IMG/VR virus record: IMGVR_UViG_3300031957_001682
Location: 32,001 to 96,000 of that record
Source: a virus
Strand: one strand, 5' to 3'
DNA: 64,000 nt
The notes under the pieces were generated by a model. That model ran no database searches. It was given only the letters and a program-made list of their open reading frames with translations, and was not told where the DNA came from. Each line of letters opens with the position of its first letter. The first letter of the stretch is position 1. Below are positions 45,184 through 55,685 of this stretch, piece by piece. A program made the translations under genes and the position numbers.

Positions 45184-47523
45184 ATGAATACCATGACCAA
45201 CCAAACACCAAACCCCAAAGCCCAACCCGTCAGCCAAAAGTATGACGGCATGAACAAATTCAAGAAGATGAAAAGTGTTGATGCTCTCTATGCACCCTAC
45301 TGGGACGACCTTGCCGCCGTCAAGATTGATTTGATTGCCGACCCCGAAGAGCGCAGACAGGCTTGCCACACTGCTTACAATTCTTTGTCGGACCATGATG
45401 TGTTCGTGCGTGCTTGCCCTCTTGCACCACGCCCCGGCGTGCTTGAGTCCTCAAGAGCATTGGACATAAGCGAAGTCATCACCATCGTTGACCGCATCAC
45501 TATGACGATGCTTGGACCGGACCCCGACCCTACCAATCCTATGTACGAGCATGGTTTGTGTGACCCCTATGGTTGCATCATGCTCATGCCTTACCTCGAT
45601 GCTACTGCTTCCTGTGTGGTAGCACCCTACTCCTATGTCACTGTTGGTGAAGGCAACGCTGGTGTGACCTCACCTCATGGTGGCTTCCAAATTGTCATGG
45701 ACTTGAGCCAAAGCGCAGAACAATACTCACGGGAGGCACTTGAGAATATGGGAATTGACCCAGCCAAGATTGAACTTGAGTTCGTTCACCGTGTTCACGA
45801 TGGTGACTTGAATGCAAAGGTACGCTCAAGCACAAAGAAGTCAAACCATTGGGGCAACACACGCATCGTGCAACTGCGTGGTGCAGAAGATGGACACAAG
45901 CCTATCCGTTCTCCACCTCACCCGTTTGAAATCAGTGGCTTCGTACAAGGTGGTACAATCACAGTCAAAGAAGTGCTTACACTTGTGGATGGTAGTGATG
46001 AAGAACTCGCTCGACTCGAAGAATATTTGCGTGGCCGTGACCTTGATGGTGTCGTCGTTGCACACCCCGATGGTAGTCCACTCTCCCACCATGCAGGGCA
46101 GTGTACTAAGTGGGGAGTCACTTACATCAACAGTGACAAGCCAAAGGTCGGTGACACATGGGTTGAGGTTGACGGATGGGTTATTGATGACCCCACCATC
46201 GAGCCTCAACCATTCAACCAGTACCATTGGCGTGAGTCCTTTGACCGAGGGCTTGCTGTTGGTATGACCAAGTTCTCTCGACAGTACGGTTGGTTGTCTA
46301 ACCACTTCCATCAGTTCCTCGGTGGCGCAGTGATGAGAAGTCCACAAGACACAGCCTACCTTGCTGGTGTCTTTGCTGGCTACCTTCCCAATGCTATCCT
46401 CTCCGTGTCCTTCGGTGAGTTGCGCTACATGAATCGAATCAAGTCCAACACACTCCCTATCAACAACATCACATTCATGGCCTTGTCCGATGGCATCGGT
46501 ATTGAGGAAGTGTACACACAGACTCGTCGTTCATACTACCGGAAGATGGAAGACAAACCACTCACCATCCACTCCCTACTTGGGCAACTACAGTGGTGCG
46601 CCGAGATGTACAGCACAGGCTGGGAAGGCAGTGGCTACGGTGGCAAGAACACCTATGGCAATGCTACCAACAAGGGTGTTGCTATCGTTGAGGGCATCAT
46701 CAAGTACGGTGCTGACCCCAGTGAAGATAACTTCCGAGCCTTGCTTGGCCTTGTCAATGAGGGTGAGAACATCGTACACAACAATGGTTTCTTCTTGGAT
46801 AAGTACATCAGCAAGCGTGCCTTTGACATTGGTACAAACCCCAAAGAACTTTCAGCATTCTATCCCGATGACTTCTTTGCTGTGTACGGTGCGGCATCAC
46901 ACGCTTACCAATACATCAACGGCTTCAAGTCCGTTGACAAGACTGACACCACCCTCATCACGAACTTTGCTCTTAACAGCAAGGGTGCTAACAATGTCCA
47001 CAAGCAAATGGAACAACCCATCATGGCTGTGGATGATTCCCCGTTCACTACATTCAATACACCAAAGTATGTTCAATACATTCACGGCCACAACAGCAAA
47101 TACAGTGGTGACAACCCCGACAAGTTCGTCCCATGTGGTTCCCTTCACTGTGGAAAGTGCAAGCAGGTTGCACTCGACAAGATTAGCGCAGATGCACAAG
47201 CGATGATTCAACTACCACTACCAAGCAACCAACCGCAGTACGACATGAACTTGCCACTCGATATTGAAGTGTCCTATGTCCTTCCCGAATACATCGAGGG
47301 ACACAGTGGCTTACTACTCACCATCTTCAAGGGTCACTCTTACATTGAGCAGGTCATTCCCAACATCATGTCCTTCCTCAATGAAGCACACGAGCATGAC
47401 CTACAAGACAATGCCTCCAAGATAGCACAGCAATTGGTGAAGCACTATGCTTCATACATATACAACGCTCCACTTGACTTCAAGGTGAAGTTGATGCAAG
47501 CATACACAGGTGAAGAAGAATGA
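45184..47523 (+). CDS. PEP-utilising enzyme-like dikinase (ATP-grasp plus swivelling phospho-His domain plus novel C-terminal domain)
   Basis: VFVRAC..RPGVLES, LMPYLDA, IELEFV, IVQLRG (PPDK/PEP synthase ATP-grasp motifs); VVAHPDGSPLSHHAGQCTKWGV (GGxTSHxAxxAR-like His motif). Confidence 0.65.
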   Translation: MNTMTNQTPNPKAQPVSQKYDGMNKFKKMKSVDALYAPYWDDLAAVKIDLIADPEERRQACHTAYNSLSDHDVFVRACPLAPRPGVLESSRALDISEVITIVDRITMTMLGPDPDPTNPMYEHGLCDPYGCIMLMPYLDATASCVVAPYSYVTVGEGNAGVTSPHGGFQIVMDLSQSAEQYSREALENMGIDPAKIELEFVHRVHDGDLNAKVRSSTKKSNHWGNTRIVQLRGAEDGHKPIRSPPHPFEISGFVQGGTITVKEVLTLVDGSDEELARLEEYLRGRDLDGVVVAHPDGSPLSHHAGQCTKWGVTYINSDKPKVGDTWVEVDGWVIDDPTIEPQPFNQYHWRESFDRGLAVGMTKFSRQYGWLSNHFHQFLGGAVMRSPQDTAYLAGVFAGYLPNAILSVSFGELRYMNRIKSNTLPINNITFMALSDGIGIEEVYTQTRRSYYRKMEDKPLTIHSLLGQLQWCAEMYSTGWEGSGYGGKNTYGNATNKGVAIVEGIIKYGADPSEDNFRALLGLVNEGENIVHNNGFFLDKYISKRAFDIGTNPKELSAFYPDDFFAVYGAASHAYQYINGFKSVDKTDTTLITNFALNSKGANNVHKQMEQPIMAVDDSPFTTFNTPKYVQYIHGHNSKYSGDNPDKFVPCGSLHCGKCKQVALDKISADAQAMIQLPLPSNQPQYDMNLPLDIEVSYVLPEYIEGHSGLLLTIFKGHSYIEQVIPNIMSFLNEAHEHDLQDNASKIAQQLVKHYASYIYNAPLDFKVKLMQAYTGEEE

Positions 47524-48815
47524 GTAGCAAGAAGACACGAAGACAACAACGCAAGAAAAACAAACACACTAATAACAAGGAGATGAACAAGATGACCAAG
47601 AAGATTAAACACACTAAGAAAACAACGCCAGCACTACCGAGCAAGACCAACTGCCACACCGGACAGACATTGATATTCAAAACAGTCGAGGGTATCGAGG
47701 TGTACGCTGGTGGCAAGAACCGACAGGGTGGTTGGCACAAGATGAACCCACTACCTCAATTGGCAATGGGTCCAAGTGAAACGCTTGGTGGTTGGGGCGT
47801 GGGTAGCAAGACCGAAGTACCGGAGGGTTGGTCATGCGAGCAACACCTTGAGGTCGTCACTCCACCACTCATGCTCTCTCTTGACTGGCCGGATTTCAGC
47901 ATCCCAAATGTGAGTAAGTATTTTTGGTACGCTGTCATTGATGACATTCGTGAGCATGGTATCACGAGAATCAGTACGCAGTGTGCTGGTGGTCATGGTC
48001 GCACTGGTGTACAGTTGGCTATCCTCGCATACCTACTTGGCACAGAAGATGAGCGAGCCGCTTGGCCCGACGCTGGTGTGCTGACTGAATGGGTGCGTGA
48101 GCAACACTGTGTTCATGCTGTCGAGGCTAAGTCACAACAGCAGTACATCGCAGATGTATGTGACATTCCACTTGGCGAGAACAAGGTTCACGAATCCACC
48201 TACACCTTCGGAGGCTACACCACCGGAGGCTGGTCGGGAAAAGCAAAGGTGGCTGGGGCCACCGATGGGTATGATGAACCACTGTTTAATTCACCTAACT
48301 ACGGGCGCATCATTGACCAGTACGGTGCAGACTACTGCCCTCACTGTGGGGATGAGCCTCAGTCAATGATTGAGTACGGCGACTTGTGTGGTGCGTGTGG
48401 TAAAGACCCACAAGAGAGTACCTCAACTGACACCACCTCGCTCAAGGAAGAGAGGGTTGAGATTGAACACTGCCCTGCTTGTGACTTCGATGTTATCATT
48501 GACGATGAGTGTACCCACTGTGGGTATGACTTGAAGATTGGGGCATCTAAAGCAGGTGAGGAATGCTTTGACTGCAATAGGAAATCAATGGACCATGATA
48601 CTTTCAGTGGTATTCGATGTGTACCATGTCACACTATTGAACACGCCATCTCCATGAAGACATTGAAGTTGGAAGCCAAGAAGGGTACTTTCAATGTGAA
48701 GTGTTTGGAGTGTAAGAAGTTCGTGCCTTCCAATCTCATTGCTGATACCAAGATAGGTGAAGGCTATGTTTGTTTCAAGTGTAGTGCCGAGCCAAAGAAG
48801 GAGGTGAAGGCATGA
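47520..48815 (+). CDS. Cys-dependent protein-tyrosine phosphatase with four C-terminal Zn ribbons
   Basis: WPD loop (LDWPDFSIP), CX5R (QCAGGHGRTG), Q-loop (VEAKSQ); eight CxxC motifs. Confidence 0.85.
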   Translation: MSSKKTRRQQRKKNKHTNNKEMNKMTKKIKHTKKTTPALPSKTNCHTGQTLIFKTVEGIEVYAGGKNRQGGWHKMNPLPQLAMGPSETLGGWGVGSKTEVPEGWSCEQHLEVVTPPLMLSLDWPDFSIPNVSKYFWYAVIDDIREHGITRISTQCAGGHGRTGVQLAILAYLLGTEDERAAWPDAGVLTEWVREQHCVHAVEAKSQQQYIADVCDIPLGENKVHESTYTFGGYTTGGWSGKAKVAGATDGYDEPLFNSPNYGRIIDQYGADYCPHCGDEPQSMIEYGDLCGACGKDPQESTSTDTTSLKEERVEIEHCPACDFDVIIDDECTHCGYDLKIGASKAGEECFDCNRKSMDHDTFSGIRCVPCHTIEHAISMKTLKLEAKKGTFNVKCLECKKFVPSNLIADTKIGEGYVCFKCSAEPKKEVKA

Positions 48816-49144
48816 ACAGAACATACGAAGACATGAGCAAGGAAGAACTGGTGACACTGGTGACACGATTGGCAAAGCAACACGATGAGTGGAGTGGAAA
48901 AGCATTCAAGTTGTGGGCTGTGATAGATAACAATGCACCAAGTCTTCTGTACATAGCAAATGAAATCTTTAACCCATACCCCAATGAGCCATCAACTTAT
49001 GAACGGGACTTCAAGCATGACGAGAGTGACGAAGCAAAGGAGTTGCGTGAGCAAGTTGAATACTTCAAAGGTTTAGTTGACCACTACAAAGATGAACTAC
49101 TGAAAGCAAAGGATGAATGGCAACCAAAGGAGACGATTGAATGA
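48812..49144 (+). CDS. Hypothetical coiled-coil protein
   Basis: GGAGGTGA RBS, ATGA coupling. Confidence 0.65.
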   Translation: MNRTYEDMSKEELVTLVTRLAKQHDEWSGKAFKLWAVIDNNAPSLLYIANEIFNPYPNEPSTYERDFKHDESDEAKELREQVEYFKGLVDHYKDELLKAKDEWQPKETIE

Positions 49145-51714
49145 ACACCGTCGCAGTACACCGAATGATTCGAGTCTTCACTGGCTACGGCTCACCCGAC
49201 TTGGGTAAGGATGGCGTGGGTCCAAACAAATCCGATTGGTCTTTCTTCTCCGGCGTGGCACATCAAGATGGGATGCAAGACCATCAGTTGCTTGAGGCGG
49301 CTGAACGATTCCACAAGTATCGCAACACACAACTACCATCCATCCTCACTGACGCTGGACTGATTGAACAGAAGGAGCAAGTAAGTTCCTTCTTACTTGA
49401 CATGAAGAAGGAGGGCGAGCGAGGTAAGCGTGAGTATGAAAGGATGCAACAGCAACGAGCCGACAAGTGGGAGCGTGAATCAAATGGTGACCGTGTACTT
49501 AGCAAGTCAATGCTCTCTCGCAAGAATGTATTCGATGACATGGTTGTCGAGGCTATCATGTACGCTCGTGAATGTGATGAGGCTACTGCCAAGCACTACA
49601 TCAAATCATACATGGAGTCATGGCAACCACCATCATCAGTGCGTGTGTCTGTACAGCAAGTCGATGATGTGTGGCGCAACAAGTGGGGCAAGGAGATTAA
49701 GTCTTCACGCATCGCTTTGTCATACACATACAACCCTGCTTTCAATGCGGCCCTCAAGGGTGCGCTGTCATTCCCTCAAGTCAAGTTCGATGGGCGCACT
49801 AAGATGTGGAGCATCATGGATGATGAAGCGGTACTCAACAAAGCAGTGAAGGCGTTGGAAGATGCCGGTGCTTTCTTTGACGACACCCTCACTCAACTAC
49901 GGGGCGACCATACTTTCACTGCTAAACCACAGGGCAAGAAGGTCACTGCTACCACTGCTACCTTGCGTGGTTCATCGGTGGTCTTGCAGTGGCCCTACAT
50001 CAGTGAGCCTCACATTCGTACTGCTGTCATGGGTGCAGTGAAGCAGACACAAGGCCGCAAGTGGAACCCCGACAAGAAGACATGGAGCGTGGCTCTTAGT
50101 GAGGCGGCTCCCCTTATCGACAGGCTTCGTAAGTTAGAACTTACTCAAGCAACTGCGCTGGCACAAGCCATCGAAGTTATCCCCGAAGTTCACACAGTCA
50201 TGGAAGAACGAGCCAACCGTATTGCTATCAGCAGTGCGGCTCGGCTTGATGATACCATGCTCGTGAGTGAGATGCGTAATGCACTGGCTGAACACTTCCC
50301 TGCTGGTCGTGAACTGTACCCCTTCCAATATGTCGGTGTGCAGTTCGCACAACTGGCTGGTGGTCGTTGCCTCATCGGTGACGACATGGGTATTGGCAAG
50401 ACTATCCAAGCCCTTGCTTACATCGCACTGAACCAAGACAAACTACCTGCGCTGGTAGTATGCCCTGCCAATGTCAAGTACAACTGGGCGAAGGAGGTCA
50501 AGGCTTGGCTACCTAACTTGAGTGTGAATGTTATCGAGGGTCGTAGCAAAGGAACCATCGAACCTGCTGACATACACATTTGCAACTACGACATTATGAA
50601 AGGGCGACTCCCTCAACTGTTGACACATGGTATCAACATCGTAGTGTGTGATGAGTCACACTACCTCAAGAATGCTAAGACGCAACGCACTGCGGCTACC
50701 CTTGAGATTGCAGAAGAGAGTGAGTCGGTTCTGTGCTTGAGTGGTACAGCCATCACCAACAGACCGATTGAGTTCTTCACTACACTCAACCTGCTTCGAC
50801 CCAATGAGTTCAGTTCATCCTATCAGTTCGGACAGTCGTACTGTGATGCTCACCACAATGGATGGGCATGGGACTACTCCGGCTCAAGCAACTCCGCCGA
50901 GTTGCACGAGCGCACTCGTGACTTCTGTATTCGCAGACTCAAGAGTGAGGTGCTGACTGAACTACCCGACAAGCAACGCACACTCCACACAGTCAAGCCA
51001 TCCAAGCAACAACTGTCACACTACAACGGTGTGCATCAAGCGTGGCTTGATGAGTGGGCTGGCTACCGTGAAGCATACAATGTACCAGCAGGGTTCGTAC
51101 TGAATATGCTGACCGACCTGCGCCACGAGTGCGGGAAGATGAAGGCGGCATCAGCAGTGGACTACATCATGGAGTACCGAAACATCACAGGCAAACAAAT
51201 CGTTGTCTTCGCACATCACAAGGATGTACTCAAGGCAGTGTACGATGGACTCCAATCACTCAAGGAAGACATACCAAAGACAGCCGCCATCACCGGAGAA
51301 GTAGCCGCCGATATGCGACAGATGCGAGTCGAAGCATTCCAAGCAGGGCACATAGATGTATTGCTGTGCAGTACAGTGGCGGCGAAGGAAGGACTCACTC
51401 TCACTGCGGCAGACACAGTGCTGTTCGTTGAAAGAGAATGGGTTCCAGCATGGGAGGAACAAGCCGAGGACCGTGTGTACCGCATCGGTCAAGACAGTGA
51501 CTCCGTACAGGCAGTGTACCTTACAGTAGCAGGTACGATTGATGAGAAGTTCAACGCTGTCATTGAAGCCAAGCGAGCAGTGGTCAAGGCTGTGCTTGAT
51601 GGTGGAGATGTGGATGAGCGCATGGGTATAGCCAGCGCACTCATCGAAGCGATGATGGATGCAGGTGACCTACCTGCTGACTTCAACAAGAAGCAAAACA
51701 AAACAAGGAACTGA
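49141..51714 (+). CDS. SWI2/SNF2 ATPase with HARP-like domains (SMARCAL1-like annealing helicase)
   Basis: DDMGIGKT, VVCPA, DESH, LSGTAITN, EGLTLTAA, QAEDRVYRIGQ; two HARP-like segments (KFDGRTKMWS, RKWNPDKKTWS). Confidence 0.9.
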   Translation: MNTVAVHRMIRVFTGYGSPDLGKDGVGPNKSDWSFFSGVAHQDGMQDHQLLEAAERFHKYRNTQLPSILTDAGLIEQKEQVSSFLLDMKKEGERGKREYERMQQQRADKWERESNGDRVLSKSMLSRKNVFDDMVVEAIMYARECDEATAKHYIKSYMESWQPPSSVRVSVQQVDDVWRNKWGKEIKSSRIALSYTYNPAFNAALKGALSFPQVKFDGRTKMWSIMDDEAVLNKAVKALEDAGAFFDDTLTQLRGDHTFTAKPQGKKVTATTATLRGSSVVLQWPYISEPHIRTAVMGAVKQTQGRKWNPDKKTWSVALSEAAPLIDRLRKLELTQATALAQAIEVIPEVHTVMEERANRIAISSAARLDDTMLVSEMRNALAEHFPAGRELYPFQYVGVQFAQLAGGRCLIGDDMGIGKTIQALAYIALNQDKLPALVVCPANVKYNWAKEVKAWLPNLSVNVIEGRSKGTIEPADIHICNYDIMKGRLPQLLTHGINIVVCDESHYLKNAKTQRTAATLEIAEESESVLCLSGTAITNRPIEFFTTLNLLRPNEFSSSYQFGQSYCDAHHNGWAWDYSGSSNSAELHERTRDFCIRRLKSEVLTELPDKQRTLHTVKPSKQQLSHYNGVHQAWLDEWAGYREAYNVPAGFVLNMLTDLRHECGKMKAASAVDYIMEYRNITGKQIVVFAHHKDVLKAVYDGLQSLKEDIPKTAAITGEVAADMRQMRVEAFQAGHIDVLLCSTVAAKEGLTLTAADTVLFVEREWVPAWEEQAEDRVYRIGQDSDSVQAVYLTVAGTIDEKFNAVIEAKRAVVKAVLDGGDVDERMGIASALIEAMMDAGDLPADFNKKQNKTRN

Positions 51715-51749
51715 AACCGATTTGGTATAAAGAACAAAAGAAAAAAGAG
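51711..51749 (+). promoter_or_regulatory. Early promoter copy 4
   Basis: ctgaaaccgatttggTATAAAGAACAAAAGAAA, ATG 24 nt after TATAAA. Confidence 0.7.
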
Positions 51750-52208
51750 ATGAGAACTATGGCAATTAATACAGAAGCAATAGAATACAAAACAGAACGA
51801 GAGATTGAAGAAGGCGTACCCATGCTACAAGCAAGGGTGAACGCAGGGAGTGGTACACTTCACCTACAAGGGTGGAGCAATACATTCACTGTGAACAGAA
51901 ATTATGGATGGGCGGCTAAGTTCAATGTCCCTGCTCAACTGACAACATGGCTGGCAAAGCATGAGCCGACTCACACTTCTTTCGCAAGCAGTGAGAGAGT
52001 GTATGTTCGTGGACTGACAGTTAGAGAATTTACGGATGGCATTCAGTTGCACATCTATACGGGTGGTGAAGTGCCGGGTGCAAATTACAACGACACTACA
52101 TTCGTACTGGACATGAACCCAAACAAACCATTGGTTGCGGAGATGCTTGACTTCCTACGAGGCAATGACCTCATCGAAACATTCGATGAAATGAGGTGGA
52201 CACAATGA
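51750..52208 (+). CDS. Hypothetical protein
   Basis: Follows the promoter. Confidence 0.65.
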   Translation: MRTMAINTEAIEYKTEREIEEGVPMLQARVNAGSGTLHLQGWSNTFTVNRNYGWAAKFNVPAQLTTWLAKHEPTHTSFASSERVYVRGLTVREFTDGIQLHIYTGGEVPGANYNDTTFVLDMNPNKPLVAEMLDFLRGNDLIETFDEMRWTQ

Positions 52209-52819
52209 ACCATGCGTTTCAATCGGTAGTTGATGCACTGACCGAGTTGCACGAGTTGATGACCAATGATGTAGTGTCATGGCAAACATGGACTGATGAG
52301 TTCACCACTGCTTATCAGTTTAACAAGAGTGCGGCTGGTCTTCTTGAAGAGAGGATGACAGCAGACTCACCATACCACTCCTTGTGGATAGATGGCTACA
52401 CGGCAGTACATGGTAGCAGTTCGTTCGACGCAGGGTTTTGGATTATGTCTTTCAAACACTTGGCGAAGATATTCGATGTTCCTATGTCATGGATGGCGGC
52501 ACTACGCTTCACTGCTATTGCTGACCCTACCTCCGGTTATCGTTGGGGGTTGAAAGGACTACCATCATTCGTTGATGAAGAGGGGTACTGTAATGAATCA
52601 CTATGGGCATCACACCGTGACGGTGTAGCGGCTGGTCTTATTGAGAACACCGAGTTCCCATTCCTACGCAAGCCCGACGCAGTGGCGATAAGTGACATTG
52701 CTATGAAATCAGCAACGGAGGCGGCGAAGTCACTTGACCTATCGTTGAGTCAATACCTTGAGCATCTCACGGACACGAGCATGGACATGACGCTTCCCGC
52801 ACGAGGTGATGATGAATGA
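52205..52819 (+). CDS. Hypothetical protein
   Basis: GAGGTG RBS, ATGA coupling. Confidence 0.65.
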   Translation: MNHAFQSVVDALTELHELMTNDVVSWQTWTDEFTTAYQFNKSAAGLLEERMTADSPYHSLWIDGYTAVHGSSSFDAGFWIMSFKHLAKIFDVPMSWMAALRFTAIADPTSGYRWGLKGLPSFVDEEGYCNESLWASHRDGVAAGLIENTEFPFLRKPDAVAISDIAMKSATEAAKSLDLSLSQYLEHLTDTSMDMTLPARGDDE

Positions 52820-53289
52820 TGATAGTCACTGATGAGCAGATGAAACAGGATTGGTATGACAACTTGACGAATGCGTATGACCTACAGGCGATTGTTCTTG
52901 CTCATTATGATGCTGGAAGTTTTGGCTTTGCAGACTACGACGAGGCACAGGATAACTTAGCCAGCGAGAACTTCCTCGTGTACACAGACGAAGAGGCTGA
53001 CGAAGCAGTGCGTGATTACATAGAGGAATCAGTATGGGCTTTCACTCCATCGTTCTTACGAGCACATACAGACCACAGGGCAAGAGTCACTGTTGAAGCA
53101 ATTGCGAAACTACAGGAGATGTGTGAGAGTGCAAACGAACCACTCAAGGCGATGATAAAGGACTTCGATGCCTTTGTTGAAGACGCAGTATCATGCGACG
53201 GGCGAGGACATTTCCTTGCTCCATACGACCATGAAGAGAACGAGATTACTTTCAATGGCATAACATACTACATTTACCGGAGGAATTGA
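52816..53289 (+). CDS. Highly acidic phage protein (DGRGHFL-x-xYD family)
   Basis: YTDEEADEA...DGRGHFLAPYDHEE...YYIYRRN; Asp/Glu-rich, possible DNA mimic (inference). Confidence 0.6.
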   Translation: MMIVTDEQMKQDWYDNLTNAYDLQAIVLAHYDAGSFGFADYDEAQDNLASENFLVYTDEEADEAVRDYIEESVWAFTPSFLRAHTDHRARVTVEAIAKLQEMCESANEPLKAMIKDFDAFVEDAVSCDGRGHFLAPYDHEENEITFNGITYYIYRRN

Positions 53290-53358
53290 AATGAGCGTAC
53301 TGAAAATTAGGATTGAAACGGAAGAATACATTTACGAAGAATACTTGGAGGCATAAGA

Positions 53359-53499
53359 ATGAAACTAAGTGAAGCAGAAAACATGGATGATGAAGATTTT
53401 AGAGAATGGTGGATAAATGAAGTGAGTGGTATTCCCAAAGGCGAATTGATTCAACTGTTTATGACTGACGAATGGCAACTCATAGAGGTGGACGCATGA
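53359..53499 (+). CDS. Small acidic protein (46 aa, not in the ORF track)
   Basis: GGAGG RBS; coupled to the next gene. Confidence 0.45.
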   Translation: MKLSEAENMDDEDFREWWINEVSGIPKGELIQLFMTDEWQLIEVDA

Positions 53500-53732
53500 A
53501 ACTAATCATAGGCACAGACCGATACATTATGCTTGAAAGTATTCCCGACCTTGAATGGTATCAAGTGACCGAATCAATTCGATGCCAGCACATCACCGAC
53601 GCAGGTGACATGGTGCGGAGAACACAACGAGGATGGGAGTTTTTCTCATCGCTCACAGATAACAGTCCAAGATATGTGCTACCCAGTAGGGCGGCAATAC
53701 TTGACACACACACGGAAGGTGAAGAAGAATGA
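53496..53732 (+). CDS. Hypothetical protein
   Basis: GAGGTG RBS, ATGA coupling. Confidence 0.6.
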   Translation: MKLIIGTDRYIMLESIPDLEWYQVTESIRCQHITDAGDMVRRTQRGWEFFSSLTDNSPRYVLPSRAAILDTHTEGEEE

Positions 53733-54298
53733 ACAATAAGAAAGGAAAATGGACAGATATAGAAACGAATGCACTGCTACGAATGCGTACTGCTGGTGTT
53801 CCCTACAAGGAAATCGCCAAGCAACTGAATCGTAGCGCACATGCTTGTACACAACAGTACAGCAAGGTGAAAGATACTTTGGCATATCACACCGATAGAA
53901 CAGTTAAGTCACCGGAGGTGCAAAGGAATCACGATATGATAAAGATGTTAGCCAACCCTAAGCAACAACCTTACACCCCATCAGTGCAACCACTATCCAC
54001 AGAACGCAACAACAAGGCATGGACCGGCAAAGAAGACCGACTACTCAAGAGCATGGTAAGACACAAGGCAACCATGCTTCAACTCATGACCGCATTGAAG
54101 CGTACTGAAAAGGCCATTGATTCAAGAATCCGTACTCTTGGTAAGAAAACACGCAAGCCAAGACCTGCTAAGGTTGAAACCACTACGGACATTGGTATCG
54201 AAAATCTCATTGGGTTCATTCGTGGACTCCAAGAAGAGAACAAGCAACTACGAGCCAAGTTGGAAAGCATTCGTGACGCATTGAAAAACAATGACTGA
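53729..54298 (+). CDS. Myb/SANT-like tandem HTH regulator with coiled coil
   Basis: KWTDIETNALL..IAKQLNRS..AC and AWTGKEDRLL..ALKRTEKAI. Confidence 0.7.
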   Translation: MNNKKGKWTDIETNALLRMRTAGVPYKEIAKQLNRSAHACTQQYSKVKDTLAYHTDRTVKSPEVQRNHDMIKMLANPKQQPYTPSVQPLSTERNNKAWTGKEDRLLKSMVRHKATMLQLMTALKRTEKAIDSRIRTLGKKTRKPRPAKVETTTDIGIENLIGFIRGLQEENKQLRAKLESIRDALKNND

Positions 54299-54947
54299 AA
54301 GTGCTTTCAATCACATTCAAAGTAGTGATGTAGCGGGAATATACATGGGGGGTGGCACTGGGGCTTTGCTCCACTACACTCCCTATGGCCGTTTCGTTGA
54401 GAAGCGGGGTAGGAACTCACACCATGTACACAATGAGTGGTGCATGAACAGGTTCCTCGATGCACTCGGAGTGTGTGTCCCACAGGCTACCTTACATCTT
54501 GACACTCACTTGAATTATGTCATGCTCACGGAGTATGAAGAGGGTGCTACTCGCTATCAACCTAAACGGGATGCTGAACAGGTCACGCATGACTTCGTAC
54601 CCCACGCACTAATAGCAAATTGGGATATGCTTGGGCTGGACAATGACAACATACTACGCCGACCCGATGGTAGGCTAACCTATGTTGATGTAGGAGGTTC
54701 GGGTCCGTTCCGAGCAGAAGGGAAACCCAAAGGTGAAATGTTCACAAGTACAGTAGGTGAACTCGATACGCTACGGGACAAGAACCCATACGAATTAGGA
54801 CACATCACCGAACAGGACATAGCGCAATCATTCGATAGGTACGGTGGCGAGGATGCCATGTATGATGCACTGCGACACATACAAGATGGACGGACACGAA
54901 AGATTATGCGACAACGAATACAAGATGTTGCGAGAAGAGTTGCTTGA
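54291..54947 (+). CDS. HipA/PI3-PI4-kinase-like kinase
   Basis: GGGTGA loop, FVEK, NE helix, ANWDMLGLDNDN (catalytic D...N), YVDVGG, FRAEG. Confidence 0.7.
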   Translation: MTESAFNHIQSSDVAGIYMGGGTGALLHYTPYGRFVEKRGRNSHHVHNEWCMNRFLDALGVCVPQATLHLDTHLNYVMLTEYEEGATRYQPKRDAEQVTHDFVPHALIANWDMLGLDNDNILRRPDGRLTYVDVGGSGPFRAEGKPKGEMFTSTVGELDTLRDKNPYELGHITEQDIAQSFDRYGGEDAMYDALRHIQDGRTRKIMRQRIQDVARRVA

Positions 54948-54950
54948 AAA

Positions 54951-54999
54951 AACAACACTGAAAGCAATTTGATATAAAGAGTAAAAGAAACGGTAATTG
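54951..54999 (+). promoter_or_regulatory. Early promoter copy 5
   Basis: aacaacactgaaagcaatttgaTATAAAGAGTAAAAGAAACGG. Confidence 0.75.
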
Positions 55000-55275
55000 A
55001 TGGAATCGAATACCGACACCCCAACCCCCCAAGAGAGCGCAACAGCAGATATGATTGACAGCATGGCTTTGTACAAAGCGATGATGGAACAAGCAATGTT
55101 CATGCGGCCACAACTTACGATGGAACAAGTGGATGAAGTTATCATTCGTACACTGAAAGACTGTGAAGATGAAGATGAAGATGTTGTACTCCGCTTGGAG
55201 TTCCATGCAGATGATGTGCTTGGCTACGGCGACGATGAGTACGCATTCCCAAAGAAGGTGAAGAAGAATGATTGA
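55000..55275 (+). CDS. Acidic hypothetical protein
   Basis: Follows the promoter. Confidence 0.6.
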   Translation: MESNTDTPTPQESATADMIDSMALYKAMMEQAMFMRPQLTMEQVDEVIIRTLKDCEDEDEDVVLRLEFHADDVLGYGDDEYAFPKKVKKND

Positions 55276-55429
55276 CACAGACAAATACGAATACATGGTG
55301 ACACACTTCAAAAGTGGAGAGTCCGATGGGGCATTTGCTACTTACGAAGAAGCAAAGGCTCACTATGATTCACACGATGAAGAATGGCGTGAAGCACATT
55401 ACATTGAGGAAGTGAGAAGAAATGATTGA
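55268..55429 (+). CDS. MIDTDKY-family protein 1 (53 aa, not in the ORF track)
   Basis: Begins MIDTDKYEY; coupled on both sides. Confidence 0.6.
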   Translation: MIDTDKYEYMVTHFKSGESDGAFATYEEAKAHYDSHDEEWREAHYIEEVRRND

Positions 55430-55685
55430 CACAGACAAATACGAAGGAGTCAAAGGCTCTTTGGTGCATATTATTCCACATGAAGTATGGGTGACACTCA
55501 CACCTGCGGCTCAAGCATTGATAGCAGACGCACCACTCCTCCTCGCAGAAGTTAAGCGGTTGCGTGAAAATTTGAAGCGTATTCGTCACACCGTGTTTTA
55601 TGATATTGAAGAGAACTTCACTGACGAACAAGCGTATGACCCTGTGCTTATTGAGATAATGGAAAAGATGAAGGCGGTGTTGTGA
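55422..55685 (+). CDS. MIDTDKY-family protein 2 (Ead/Ea22-like)
   Basis: MIDTDKYEG...LIADAPLLLAEVKRLR. Confidence 0.7.
   Translation: MIDTDKYEGVKGSLVHIIPHEVWVTLTPAAQALIADAPLLLAEVKRLRENLKRIRHTVFYDIEENFTDEQAYDPVLIEIMEKMKAVL

Noticed and set aside
46490-47206. 238-aa alternative-frame ORF inside the dikinase-like gene
   Set aside because: Ser/Thr-rich frame-shifted shadow of biased codons; no RBS or domain signal
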